The position numbers were made by a program, and so were the translations under genes. From NCBI GenBank assembly GCA_050010155.1, contig JBEKLO010000012.1, positions 100 through 64,099 on the forward strand: DNA of 64,000 bases, given 5' to 3'. A model generated the notes under the pieces. It was not told the origin of the DNA. It searched no databases and worked only from the letters and a program-made list of their open reading frames with translations. Position 1 is the stretch's first letter. Every line of letters begins with the position of its first letter. Below, piece after piece: positions 56,601 through 64,000 of the stretch. Origin of the DNA: Terriglobales bacterium. Its GTDB lineage: Bacteria; Acidobacteriota; Terriglobia; Terriglobales; Acidobacteriaceae.

Positions 56601-56654
56601 GCGGTGCGGCGTGCTCCTCTCTCCGAGGGCGTTGAGCCGCACCGCTTCTTTATT
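56601..56654 (+). terminator. Plus-strand intrinsic-terminator-like hairpin with no upstream plus-strand CDS
   Basis: GCGGTGCGGC (56601-56610) pairs with GCCGCACCGC (56636-56645), a perfect 10-bp stem, followed by TTCTTTATT. Confidence 0.45.
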
Positions 56655-56712
56655 GCAGCAAGCTCTGAAACTGCCCAGCGCAGGTTTGCAAAGCTCCCAA
56701 CCGGCTGTTCTC

Positions 56713-57627
56713 TTACTCGCACGGCAAGTTGTTCCCGGCCAATGTACTGTCCTCGGGCTTGTAGCTGAAGTAAACGGCCCCTCCGATAATCAGCGCGCCT
56801 CCAGCGATCGCCATTCTTCCCAAGGCTTCATGCAGAACGTAAACGCCGAGAATCGCGCCGATGAGTGGCTCCAGGTTTACAAAAATGCCTGCTTCCGAGG
56901 CTGGAACCCATTTCAGTCCCCAATTCCACAGGACCGTTGCAGCCGCAGTCGCCAGGAATCCCTGCTCTGCCAAGGCAATCCATGCCCGGGCCGAGTAATG
57001 CAGCGTAGGAACGCCGGACCTGGCGACGACCACAACTGCCAGCAGGAGCGTGCCAATCCAATACACGAAGGCCGTCACAGCCAGCGGGGAATGCCGTTCC
57101 ATCAGACGTTTCGAAATCAGAATCCAGACAATGCTTGCAACCATGGAAAGCACAACCAACAGGTCCCCACGAACGGTTGCGTGCACGACACTCGAATCCG
57201 TCTTGCTAGACAACGCAATCAGGGCAGCGCCAATCGTCGAAGCCACAAGCGCAAGCCAGCCGCCGAAGTGCAAGCGCTCTCCCGAGAACACTACAGCTGC
57301 CACAGCGAGGAGCATGGGAAGAGTGCCGACCATGAGAGAAGCATGAGAGACAGTGGTGAGGGAGAGTCCTTTAAACTCCACGAGGTACAGCACGGGGACT
57401 CCGATGACAGAGGCCACGAACACCCAGCCCCATTCATGCATGTCAAAGTGAGGACGATCCCAGAAGATGATGGGCAGGAGTCCGATGCACGCGAACGCAA
57501 GACGAAACAGAATCATGGTCGCAACCGGCATCTCGTCGAGTGCGATCCTCCCGAAATAAAAGCCAGTTCCCCAAAAGCATCCAGCGGCCGCAAGGGCCAG
57601 GAAAGGGATCGTTCTGCGCTTGAACAT
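56713..57627 (-). CDS. EamA/DMT-family transporter
   Basis: 10 hydrophobic helices in a duplicated EamA architecture. Confidence 0.85.
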   Translation of the reverse strand: MFKRRTIPFLALAAAGCFWGTGFYFGRIALDEMPVATMILFRLAFACIGLLPIIFWDRPHFDMHEWGWVFVASVIGVPVLYLVEFKGLSLTTVSHASLMVGTLPMLLAVAAVVFSGERLHFGGWLALVASTIGAALIALSSKTDSSVVHATVRGDLLVVLSMVASIVWILISKRLMERHSPLAVTAFVYWIGTLLLAVVVVARSGVPTLHYSARAWIALAEQGFLATAAATVLWNWGLKWVPASEAGIFVNLEPLIGAILGVYVLHEALGRMAIAGGALIIGGAVYFSYKPEDSTLAGNNLPCE

Positions 57628-57742
57628 TCGGATCGATTGTAGAGCAGACCGACCCGGAGGCTACCGAAGTGAAGCAGGACCCGATGATGCGACTTCGAAC
57701 AGATGCCGCAACCAACGTCATCGGGGCGGACTCAATGACTTT

Positions 57743-57904
57743 TCATCCATCGGAGTCGTTTATGCCATCGGCGTCTCGCTGCCCATCAAATGCCTGCAGA
57801 AGCGTATTCAGTTCCTGTGCAAGAAATTCTACTTTGACGGAATCCTGCTATCTGGTGATCTGCTCGACCAGTTCACGAATACGTGACTCAGAAGATTCCG
57901 GCAT
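57743..57904 (-). pseudogene. Small ORF interrupted by an in-frame TAG
   Basis: Minus strand: MPESSESRIRELVEQITR-TAG-QDSVKVEFLAQELNTLLQAFDGQRDADGINDSDG-TGA. The amber codon is at 57848-57850. Both halves look like one helical mini-protein. Confidence 0.3.
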
Positions 57905-57956
57905 CGTTGAAATGTGTCCCACAACGCAGGGCTGCATAACCTGGTGAAATCCAAAT

Positions 57957-58175
57957 CTACGCCGCTCTTCGCCAACCTTTGATTTCCTCTAGCGCGATTC
58001 GGTGTTTCGGATTGAAGACCAGCGTCAAAACAGACCCGACACCCATGCCAACCAGGAAAAAAGTTATTGCCGAGTAAAGGTCGTAATCATTTTTCATTTC
58101 ATTTTCCATAATTCCCTCACCCCTTGCGATCTTGACAAATGCCAAGCGACCCACGGCTATAGTTGCAAGAACCAT
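57957..58175 (-). CDS. Small membrane protein (YtxH-like?)
   Basis: Single TM helix (ITFFLVGMGVGSVLTLVF). The likely start is at MENEMK (58109). Confidence 0.4.
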   Translation of the reverse strand: MVLATIAVGRLAFVKIARGEGIMENEMKNDYDLYSAITFFLVGMGVGSVLTLVFNPKHRIALEEIKGWRRAA

Positions 58176-58354
58176 GCCACTTTGCCGGGCGTCCTTTGTT
58201 TTCCTGCCGATACATGGCTGTCGCGGATCACAACCAAGAAACTTCTACCGCGTCCAATGACAAAAGTTCTCGCTACGCCACGCGTTACTTTGCCCTCCCA
58301 GGCACATAAAATTACAATTCTCTTTACAACCCTTCTTGAGAATGTGGATGGGCG

Positions 58355-58756
58355 CTAATCGCCTTGCACGCGGGGTCGATTCCCGCGCTCGACGTGCAGT
58401 CTGTTCAAACTATCGAAAAGATGTTTTGCGACGTCCTCGGACTTGGAGTAGAACCCTTTGATTCCGGCGGCCTGAGCCTCTTCGCGAATTTGCTGGCTGT
58501 CATGCATCGTGAACATTACCATCGCGGTGGTGGGCGCAAGCTGTTTGATCTGCCGGGCGGATTCCAGACCGCCCATGACGGGCATTTGCAAATCCAAAAT
58601 CACAACATCGGGATGCAGTTCGATGACTTTTTCAATCGCGATCGCGCCGTTCTCTGCCTCGCCGCATACCTGCCAATCTTGGGTTTGCTCAATGAAAGAC
58701 CGAAAGGTGTGGCGAATGAGGGAGCTATCGTCAACGATGAGAACAGTCCGGGACAT
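58355..58756 (-). CDS. Stand-alone CheY-like response regulator
   Basis: Canonical receiver residues: LIVDDS, VVILDLQMP, MFTMH, GFYSK. Start at ATG 58756. Confidence 0.85.
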   Translation of the reverse strand: MSRTVLIVDDSSLIRHTFRSFIEQTQDWQVCGEAENGAIAIEKVIELHPDVVILDLQMPVMGGLESARQIKQLAPTTAMVMFTMHDSQQIREEAQAAGIKGFYSKSEDVAKHLFDSLNRLHVERGNRPRVQGD

Positions 58757-59071
58757 GCAGCCCCCTTTGCCCTCGGGAGGCTGCTGACCGCGTGCGTCGT
58801 GCAGTTCGATGGAAGGCGGCGGCGAAGGGCTGCCTACCACCATATCCTTTGCGGTCGCGAAGTAAATACAGCGTGCGCTGTACGGTAGCGCACAATGGCA
58901 TATTCGAGTTCACACCGACTATTTGCGAGCCTGCTGGAGTTTGTCGACGAAGATGTGTATTGGCGGATTGCGCTGCCCGCAGAAAGTAGAATCGCAGCGG
59001 CTCACCGGCATGTGTGAGTTGAAGGCACAAAGAAGGCGGCTACTGATTCAGTTGTAGCACTGGGTCGCGGG

Positions 59072-59380
59072 CTACTCGCAGTTCCAAATTTGTTTTCCGG
59101 AATCCGCATCCATGCTCGCAATGCAATTCTTGCTGAGTTGAATATTGCTGAGCAATCCAGAAGACTTTCTGAACTTGACGAATCCGGACAACTGCCGGTC
59201 CGATTCTTTGATCAGACTGACCTCTTCGACTGTAAATCCCCGCTTCGCAAAATCGGCTCTGATGGCCATCTCGGTCTTGTCTATGTCGCTTTGACTGAAT
59301 TTAGGACTGGTACAAGCAACGGACGCAAGAATAAAGAGAAAGAGAAGGATCAAACCTGTGCCGAGCAACAAGGACTTCAT
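59072..59380 (-). CDS. Small lipoprotein, hypothetical
   Basis: MKSLLLGTGLILLFLFILASVAC has a lipobox-like LASVAC. Confidence 0.55.
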   Translation of the reverse strand: MKSLLLGTGLILLFLFILASVACTSPKFSQSDIDKTEMAIRADFAKRGFTVEEVSLIKESDRQLSGFVKFRKSSGLLSNIQLSKNCIASMDADSGKQIWNCE

Positions 59381-59416
59381 TCCGCCCACCTCGACAGCAG
59401 TGTGCCGTTCTTCGCC

Positions 59417-60208
59417 TTAATGGGCAACGGTACGGGAGTAATGATGTCGTCTTAGAAATTTGTCGCGGAAGTCGGGCCAGAACTCCGGGGCGAGGTTAAT
59501 GAAGCCGTTGTCAGCCACACCGGTCCCAAAATGCATCAACATGCCTGTGTCGGTACGGCTCGCGCGAGGGTAATAGAGATATGACAAGCCAGTGCTCATG
59601 GCACTGCCCAGCACATTATCGAAATTGAAGGTATTGTCGCCGCTGTCCGTGCGAATCACCACCGCGCGGCTGATCGAATAGCCGACGCGCGACCAGAACG
59701 TGTGTCCCCTTCCTTTGCGGAAATAACGTGGGTCCTCGCCAAGGGCCGACGCTACTACAAAGTCGCCGAAGAAATTTTGCGTGGCGATGTCCGCCGTTGA
59801 AGCGCCGAAGCGTTTCGCAAAGGCTACACCGTTGACTCCATATTTGGGGTCGGTGTCGGTCACTTGGGAAAACGCAGCATTGAACGTGCCTCCGCCTAAA
59901 GTCAAAGGGCTGGCGGTTTCGCGTACAAAGTGGTTCCATTTTTCTCTGATACTTAGGGGTGAGAATTGAGCATCGAACTGTGCATTCAACACGGAAGCTG
60001 GCGGTAACGATGTTTCCGGCGTCGCGACAGGCTGCACTGCATCCTGGGCAAAGAGCGGAAGGCATAGACAAATTGCCATCAGGAAGGCTGCCGCTCTCAA
60101 ACACCGCAGCGAATAAGCCACCGCGTGACAAATCGAGCCCGGCATCGAACTGGATCGAATGTCCTGCACGGGCAGAAGACGGCTGGCCATGATGTTTTTT
60201 GGATTCAT
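59417..60208 (-). CDS. Secreted hypothetical protein
   Basis: Hydrophobic signal (AAAFLMAICLCLPLFAQ) and a Gly/aromatic-rich mature region. No motif recognised. The start could be ATG 60145. Confidence 0.6.
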   Translation of the reverse strand: MNPKNIMASRLLPVQDIRSSSMPGSICHAVAYSLRCLRAAAFLMAICLCLPLFAQDAVQPVATPETSLPPASVLNAQFDAQFSPLSIREKWNHFVRETASPLTLGGGTFNAAFSQVTDTDPKYGVNGVAFAKRFGASTADIATQNFFGDFVVASALGEDPRYFRKGRGHTFWSRVGYSISRAVVIRTDSGDNTFNFDNVLGSAMSTGLSYLYYPRASRTDTGMLMHFGTGVADNGFINLAPEFWPDFRDKFLRRHHYSRTVAH

Positions 60209-60329
60209 TTCGGAGCTTATCGTTTGGTGGGTGAGAAATTTATTTATCTCGTTCGTGGAGTCGCTGCAAAGATGCCGTAAATCCCGCGGTTTGGGCGAAC
60301 GTCAGGGTATTATGTACGGGGAAATTCGA

Positions 60330-60887
60330 ATGAAGACTCTGATTGCCTTTTTTACTCTTATGTCCGGTGTTGCCTTCGCTCAAATTGCACCAGTCTCACG
60401 CATTCAGACTGCGAGTGGTTTTCTGGAGGTTTGCGGATCGCCCGATACGCAAATGTCGGCAGCCCAAGCGGCAGCATTGAAGAAAGCCTCGCCTTCCGAG
60501 ATGGCGAGCGCCATGTCCAAACAGATGGATAACAGAATGGCGGAAGTCATGATGTGCTTCGGGTATCTCGCTGGGTTGACGGAGGGCTGGAAAGAAGGTC
60601 ATGAGCACGGCGTGGTTGCGGCTCAGTTCCCAAAGGGCTGGCCGAATGATGTAAAGAAAGGGTTGGCGCATCTGCCGCTAAAGCAGGTTGAAACCGTTCA
60701 AGCTGCTATGACTGTAGATGTTCCCTGCATTCCTGACTCCACGACGATTGGTGAGGAACGTGACGTCGTTGTGAAGTTCATCCGAAAAGACATGTCTCTG
60801 ACGACGGCGTTGACCAGTCGTGTCGTCCCGTTGGCCTTTCGAGAGGCGTTCCCTTGCTCCGCACAGCCGCCCACTTCTAAACACTGA
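60330..60887 (+). CDS. Secreted Rap1a/Tai4-like (type VI amidase immunity-like) protein
   Basis: Signal peptide MKTLIAFFTLMSGVAFAQ. Pattern ...FLEVC...C.GYLAGLTEG...PCIP..TT.GE.RDVVVKFIRK...AFREAFPC resembles the Rap1a/Tai4 family consensus as I remember it. Confidence 0.5.
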   Translation: MKTLIAFFTLMSGVAFAQIAPVSRIQTASGFLEVCGSPDTQMSAAQAAALKKASPSEMASAMSKQMDNRMAEVMMCFGYLAGLTEGWKEGHEHGVVAAQFPKGWPNDVKKGLAHLPLKQVETVQAAMTVDVPCIPDSTTIGEERDVVVKFIRKDMSLTTALTSRVVPLAFREAFPCSAQPPTSKH

Positions 60888-60962
60888 GCTCGCGTTTCCA
60901 GAAACGTTGCTCGATCCTCCATCTAAGAGCAGCTGCGGAGAAGTAGAAGGTTCGTTACGGGA

Positions 60963-62423
60963 TCAAGCTACCGGCAAGCTGAAGTAAAAAACTGACCCGT
61001 GCCCCAACTGGCTGGTGACCCCCAGTTGGCCGCCGTGGGCTTCCACTATGGCTTTGCAGATTGCCAGTCCCATACCCGTGCCGTGGACTTGCACGCGCTG
61101 GTTTCGTCCGCGATAAAATTTTTCGAACACGAGGGATTGCTCAAAATCGTCGATGCCGGGACCGCGATCGGCGATGTTGATGGTGAGCATCTGCTCGCTG
61201 ATCTTCGCTTCCGCCGTGATACGGATCGGAGCGCCGTCGGGCGAGTATTTCGCAGCGTTCTCGATCAGGTGCACCAGCACTTCCTTGATATGTGCGGAGT
61301 CCATGCGCGCGTTGGGCAGATCCGCTGGAATCCTGACTTCGACGGGATGGTGGATCAGGAGTTGTTTCAGTTCTTCAAGCGCCTCCTCGACCGGACTGGC
61401 GATGGGCGCGGATGCAAAACGAAACTCCACTTTGTTTGCGTCCAACTGTGCCATTTCGGCGGCTTCTCCGATCAGGCGGTTCAGGCGGTCGCTCTCCTCG
61501 TTGATGATGGTAAGTAGTTCCTGTTTTTCATCGGGAGAATGATTCGCAGTGCCGAGAAGCGAGGTCACCGACGCTTTGATGGCAGTAAGCGGAGAGCGAA
61601 ACTCATGGGTGACCGAATCGAGTAAGACGGAGCGCAATTGCTCGCTTTCGCGCGCGGCCTCAGCGCGGCTGAGTTTTTCGACGGCTCCGGCTCGCTCGAT
61701 GGCGATGGCGACGAGGCTGCCAATGGCCTCCAAGGTCTGGCGCGAAAGCGCGGAACCGGCGACGCCCATGCACCCTACCACCCGCGCGCCCATACGCAAA
61801 GGCATAAAGGCCAACTGGTGGGCTCCATCAAACCGTGGTTCACCACGTAAGGAGATCAATTGGAGATCGTGCGATTCCAATCCGTCGATGGTGGGACCGG
61901 AGCGATAAACGTCAGTCCGGTTCGACATTGAGACCGCCGCGGACCGGATGCCGAACGACTCCACGATGTAGCGTGGAATCAGATTCAACAATTCGGCGGG
62001 GTTATCGCTCGAAAGCAGCAATTGGCTGAATCCATAAAGACGTTCCAATTCCTGCCGGCGTTCGATCGCAGAGCGCGCTCCGCGCCGGGCGCGTTCCGAC
62101 AGTTGGCTGACCGCAACCGCCGTGAGCAGGAAGGCGAGAAGCGCAATCCAGTTCTGCGGGTCGGCAATGGACAGGACGCCGATCGGAGGCAGGAAAAAGT
62201 AATCCAGAGCAAACGTGGCCACCACCGACATGAAGACAGCTTCCCGCCGGCCCCAGGAAGCCGAAACTCCGAGAACGCCCAGCAGGAACATGAGCGCGAT
62301 CGTCGTCGAATTGAAATGGAGCCAGCGATAGCCGACGAAAGTAATCGCGGCGACGGACAAAGCTGCCACGAGATATCCAGTTCCGGATCTGGCCGCAGCG
62401 GTCACGAGGCGATTGTATGACAA
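60963..62423 (-). CDS. Sensor histidine kinase equivalent to the C-terminal half of KdpD (DUF4118-GAF-like-HisKA-HATPase)
   Basis: 4-TM DUF4118-like N-terminus, H-box SVTHEFRSPLTAI, N/G boxes (HLIENAAKYSP, DRGPGI, GTGMGLAI). Confidence 0.9.
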   Translation of the reverse strand: MSYNRLVTAAARSGTGYLVAALSVAAITFVGYRWLHFNSTTIALMFLLGVLGVSASWGRREAVFMSVVATFALDYFFLPPIGVLSIADPQNWIALLAFLLTAVAVSQLSERARRGARSAIERRQELERLYGFSQLLLSSDNPAELLNLIPRYIVESFGIRSAAVSMSNRTDVYRSGPTIDGLESHDLQLISLRGEPRFDGAHQLAFMPLRMGARVVGCMGVAGSALSRQTLEAIGSLVAIAIERAGAVEKLSRAEAARESEQLRSVLLDSVTHEFRSPLTAIKASVTSLLGTANHSPDEKQELLTIINEESDRLNRLIGEAAEMAQLDANKVEFRFASAPIASPVEEALEELKQLLIHHPVEVRIPADLPNARMDSAHIKEVLVHLIENAAKYSPDGAPIRITAEAKISEQMLTINIADRGPGIDDFEQSLVFEKFYRGRNQRVQVHGTGMGLAICKAIVEAHGGQLGVTSQLGHGSVFYFSLPVA

Positions 62424-62426
62424 AGC

Positions 62427-62518
62427 CAGGTTTCAAGGTTTCAGAGTTTCAAGGTCGCAACGACAAAAGCGCTGGAAAATGCCGTCGGTGGTCTTCGACC
62501 TTGAAACTTTGAAACCTG
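62427..62518. promoter_or_regulatory. Long inverted repeat with GTTTCA direct repeats in the divergent kdp-sensor control region
   Basis: AGGTTTCAGAGTTTCAAGGTCG (62436-62457) pairs with CGACCTTGAAACTTTGAAACCT (62496-62517): 22 bp with 1 mismatch and a 38-nt spacer. The left side also carries three GTTTCA units spaced 8-9 nt apart. Confidence 0.7.
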
Positions 62519-62567
62519 CCCCTCTCGCGCATCGACAAAGTCGCATGTCTCAACGACAATATCTGCG

Positions 62568-63692
62568 ATGCCCAAGACCCCCGAACAATGGCTGGAGAAG
62601 TGTTCGCCATCGAACAAGGGTGGCAGGTTCAAGCTGTTTCTTGGATACGCTCCCGGTGTGGGCAAGACCCACACCATGCTGACCGAAGCCATCCGCCGGC
62701 ACACCCGCGGCGAAGACATCGTGATTGGAGTGGTCGAGACCCACGGCCGAAAAGCGGTCGGCGAACTGGTTGGCAGTCTGGAAATCGTGCCCCGCAAAGA
62801 AATCGAGTATAAGGGCGCGTTCTTCGAAGAGATGGACGTGGACGCCATCCTCGCACGCAAACCTTGCGTCGCACTGGTCGACGAACTGGCGCATACCAAT
62901 ATAGAGGGCAGCAAGCATCGCAAACGCTACGAAGATGTGCTCGAACTGCTGGAGGCGGGGATTGACGTTCTCTCCACAATGAACATTCAACATCTGGAAA
63001 GTGTGACCCCCACGGTGCAGGGCGTGACCGGGATTGTGGTGCGGGAAACGGTTCCGGACTGGGTGCTACAGAGAGTCAATGAAGTGGTGATGATCGATCT
63101 GACTCCGGAAGCTTTACAGAACCGGATGCGGCGCGGCGACGTCTATCCCCAAGAACGGGTAGGGCGGGCGCTGGAAAATTTCTTTCGCGAGACCAACTTG
63201 ATCGCGTTGCGTGAACTGGCCTTGCGCCAGGTGGCCCAGGTGGTGGACCTCAGCCTGGAACAGCATCGCGGAGAGGAGGAGGAAGATCGCGGAGCGGTTG
63301 CCATCCGCGAGCGCATCGCGGTCTGCATCAGTTCGAATCCGGCGGCGCAATACCTGGTTGCGCGCGGCGCCCGCATGGCCCAGGGCATGAATGCCGAGCT
63401 CTTTGTGGTCTATACCGATGTCGGCCATGACGCCAGCGAAGCGAATCAGCGGACCTTGAACGCCAACATTCGTTTCGCGGAAAACGTTGGAGCTTCCATC
63501 GTGCGGTTGAAAGGAAAGGGCGTGGCCGCGGCGGTCGCGGAATTTGTCAACGAGAAACACATCACCCAAGTTGTTTTCGGCCGCTCTGCTACGCGTGGCT
63601 GGAAACGATATTTCTATCTTTCGGCGATTCATCAATTTTTGCGCGACGCCCCGAGCGTGGACGTGCACATCGTGACCCAGGAACCGGGTTAG
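62568..63692 (+). CDS. kdpD: KdpD N-terminal sensor domain + Usp domain protein (no kinase module)
   Basis: FKLFLGYAPGVGKTHTML P-loop of the KdpD_N domain, followed by a Usp-like domain. Ends at 374 aa with no TM or HisKA region. Confidence 0.9.
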   Translation: MPKTPEQWLEKCSPSNKGGRFKLFLGYAPGVGKTHTMLTEAIRRHTRGEDIVIGVVETHGRKAVGELVGSLEIVPRKEIEYKGAFFEEMDVDAILARKPCVALVDELAHTNIEGSKHRKRYEDVLELLEAGIDVLSTMNIQHLESVTPTVQGVTGIVVRETVPDWVLQRVNEVVMIDLTPEALQNRMRRGDVYPQERVGRALENFFRETNLIALRELALRQVAQVVDLSLEQHRGEEEEDRGAVAIRERIAVCISSNPAAQYLVARGARMAQGMNAELFVVYTDVGHDASEANQRTLNANIRFAENVGASIVRLKGKGVAAAVAEFVNEKHITQVVFGRSATRGWKRYFYLSAIHQFLRDAPSVDVHIVTQEPG

Positions 63693-63697
63693 TCGTA

Positions 63698-64000
63698 ATG
63701 TCAGAGCATAAACACATTCTGGTCGTGGACGACGAATCCCAGATCACGCGGGTGCTGCGAACTTCTCTTTCCAGCCACGGATACGACATCCGCGTCGCCA
63801 ATGATGGCGAGACCGCGCTCGAAATTATGAAAGACTGGTCGCCCGATCTGGTCATCACCGACCTGGCGATGCCCAACATGGACGGCCTGGAGTTGTGCCG
63901 GCAGCTGCGGACGAAGACGCAAATTCCAATCATCGTGCTCTCTGTGCGCGGCGAGGAGCGGACCAAGGTCAAGGCTCTCGACGCTGGCGCGGACGACTAC
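63698..64000 (+). CDS. kdpE: OmpR-family response regulator KdpE (partial, runs off the window)
   Basis: ILVVDDESQI, DLVITDLAMPNMDG, IIVLSVRGEE, GADDY. Begins 5 nt after the kdpD_N stop. Confidence 0.88.
   Translation, partial: MSEHKHILVVDDESQITRVLRTSLSSHGYDIRVANDGETALEIMKDWSPDLVITDLAMPNMDGLELCRQLRTKTQIPIIVLSVRGEERTKVKALDAGADDY

Noticed and set aside
56611-57642. 343-aa plus-strand ORF
   Set aside because: It is antisense to the EamA transporter (10 clear TM helices). The product is a low-complexity Arg/Gln/Ser-rich translation.
1-64000. CRISPR arrays, rRNA and tRNA genes
   Set aside because: No regularly spaced direct repeats were seen. No cloverleaf-compatible 70-90-nt segments were seen in intergenic gaps longer than 150 bp. 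No rRNA-like conserved stretches were recognised on visual scanning. A tRNAscan/Infernal run would be needed to be definitive.

Overview
This is a GC-rich bacterial chromosomal segment with about 60 protein-coding genes. I saw no rRNA, tRNA, CRISPR array, transposase or integrase. Gene content and a dispersed TGTCATCCTGAGCG-type intergenic repeat suggest an Acidobacteriota-like genome; this is inference only, with no search run.

Main blocks, in order:
- Lipase and Rieske oxygenase.
- ChaN-like protein, ubiX, then hemE-hemH-hemY.
- EamA transporter, response regulator with HD-GYP domain, and a GT2.
- leuA-leuB with a divergent LysR regulator.
- STAS protein, then a 4-nt-overlapping vapB-vapC-hspR string.
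- APC permease, cupin, ABC-2 exporter.
- dnaK, a small ORF, then dnaJ, with no grpE.
- Peroxiredoxin-like protein, ffh, an orphan radical SAM enzyme, flavin reductase, deacetylase, polA.
- A PilZ-TonB_C fusion and ahpC-ahpD.
- A roughly 10-kb Wzy-type exopolysaccharide locus with an atypical LuxR regulator, then rfbD and a large BNR-repeat protein.
- A low-GC islet, a frameshifted methyltransferase, and several small secreted proteins including a Rap1a/Tai4-like one.
- A split KdpD sensor (kinase half divergent from the KdpD_N/Usp half) plus kdpE.

No single obvious novel multi-gene system (for example a defence island) stands out. The best candidates for follow-up are:
- the TA-coupled hspR operon;
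- the PilZ-TonB fusion;
- the EPS locus with a P-loop-less BY-kinase-like protein and a short OPX;
- the orphan radical SAM/SPASM-like enzyme;
- the split, divergently arranged KdpD with a long inverted repeat in its control region;
- an apparent in-frame loss of the FAD-binding helix of HemY.

All family assignments rest on motif recognition by eye. No database search was possible.
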